A stretch of 64,000 bases of DNA from an uncultured Gemmatimonadales bacterium (lineage in GTDB: Bacteria > Gemmatimonadota > Gemmatimonadetes > Gemmatimonadales > GWC2-71-9), in assembly GCA_963695555.1 (NCBI GenBank), contig CAVOGR010000007.1, forward strand, positions 640,001 to 704,000, read 5' to 3'. The position numbers and the translations under genes are program-made. Shown here piece after piece: positions 63,519-64,000 of the stretch; positions within the stretch are counted from its first letter, which is position 1; the number at the start of each line of letters is the position of its first letter. A model generated the notes under the pieces. The model saw only the letters and a list, made by a program, of their open reading frames with translations. It ran no database searches and was not told the origin of the DNA.

Positions 63519-64000
63519 TACTCGTCGCTGAATCCGAACGTCGGTTTGCGCGTGACCCACCGGCCGCCGGTGAAGTCGGGAAACGCCTGGGGCGCACCCC
63601 CGGCCGCGATCGACCGCTCGGACAGCGGGCTGATGACGCTCCACGCCGCGGCGTCGTACACGTCGAGCGGGGTCGGCTCACCACGCTTGACCGCCTCGAT
63701 GAAGCCGTGAAGCACGAAGAAGTCCATGCCGCCGTGCCCGGCGCCCGCCGCGGAGCTCTCCCAACGACGCCACAACGGATGATCGTACCGTTCTAGGTAA
63801 GGGCCCGCGTCTTCCCACTGATGGGGATCGGGACTCACGCCCTCGATGTAGAGCGATTGGTTGTCCCGCATCCAGAGGCCGCGTGTGCCCTGCACCCGAA
63901 AGTTGAGTGAATAGGGACGTGGCAGGTTGGTGTCGTGACTGACCACGACGGTCTCGCCGTTGGCGCACGCGATGACGGTCGTGACGATATCGCCCAGGGC
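63515..64000 (-). CDS. Gfo/Idh/MocA oxidoreductase, GH109-like, 3' part only
   Basis: HDTNLPRPYS, VQGTRG, GHGGMDF, DVYDAAAWS, FPDFT; frame open to the window edge. Confidence 0.82.
   Translation of the reverse strand, partial: ALGDIVTTVIACANGETVVVSHDTNLPRPYSLNFRVQGTRGLWMRDNQSLYIEGVSPDPHQWEDAGPYLERYDHPLWRRWESSAAGAGHGGMDFFVLHGFIEAVKRGEPTPLDVYDAAAWSVISPLSERSIAAGGAPQAFPDFTGGRWVTRKPTFGFSDEY

Overview
High-GC bacterial chromosomal segment (roughly two-thirds G+C by eye). Gene content (Oar-type TonB-dependent receptors, PorV-like and GWxTD proteins, long LptF) suggests Gemmatimonadota or a related FCB-group lineage; this is inference. It holds about 60 CDS and no rRNA, tRNA, CRISPR or recognisable mobile element. 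Housekeeping blocks are lptFG, ctaA, ccmABCD, acs, kup, dsbA/VKOR, pruA, trxC, metH/yitJ and an acyl-CoA dehydrogenase. Several genes carry single-base +1 breaks that look like long-read consensus errors. The best candidate for an undescribed system is an 11-kb minus-strand operon (21697->10568): TonB-dependent receptor, ~1300-aa secreted protein ending in a T9SS-CTD/FlgD-like domain, PorV/PorQ-like barrel, GWxTD protein and lipoprotein. It has its own promoter, a structured leader and an mRNA-strand hairpin at every gene junction. Other highlights: a compact ketosynthase + START-cyclase + methyltransferase + flavoprotein cluster behind an ECF/ZAS pair; a SAM-II-type riboswitch wired to a terminator/antiterminator plus a coupled leader ORF before metH; an AdoMetDC-like protein lacking its pyruvoyl site; a missed ccmD; and a dispersed palindromic IHF-like motif next to sigma54-type promoters.
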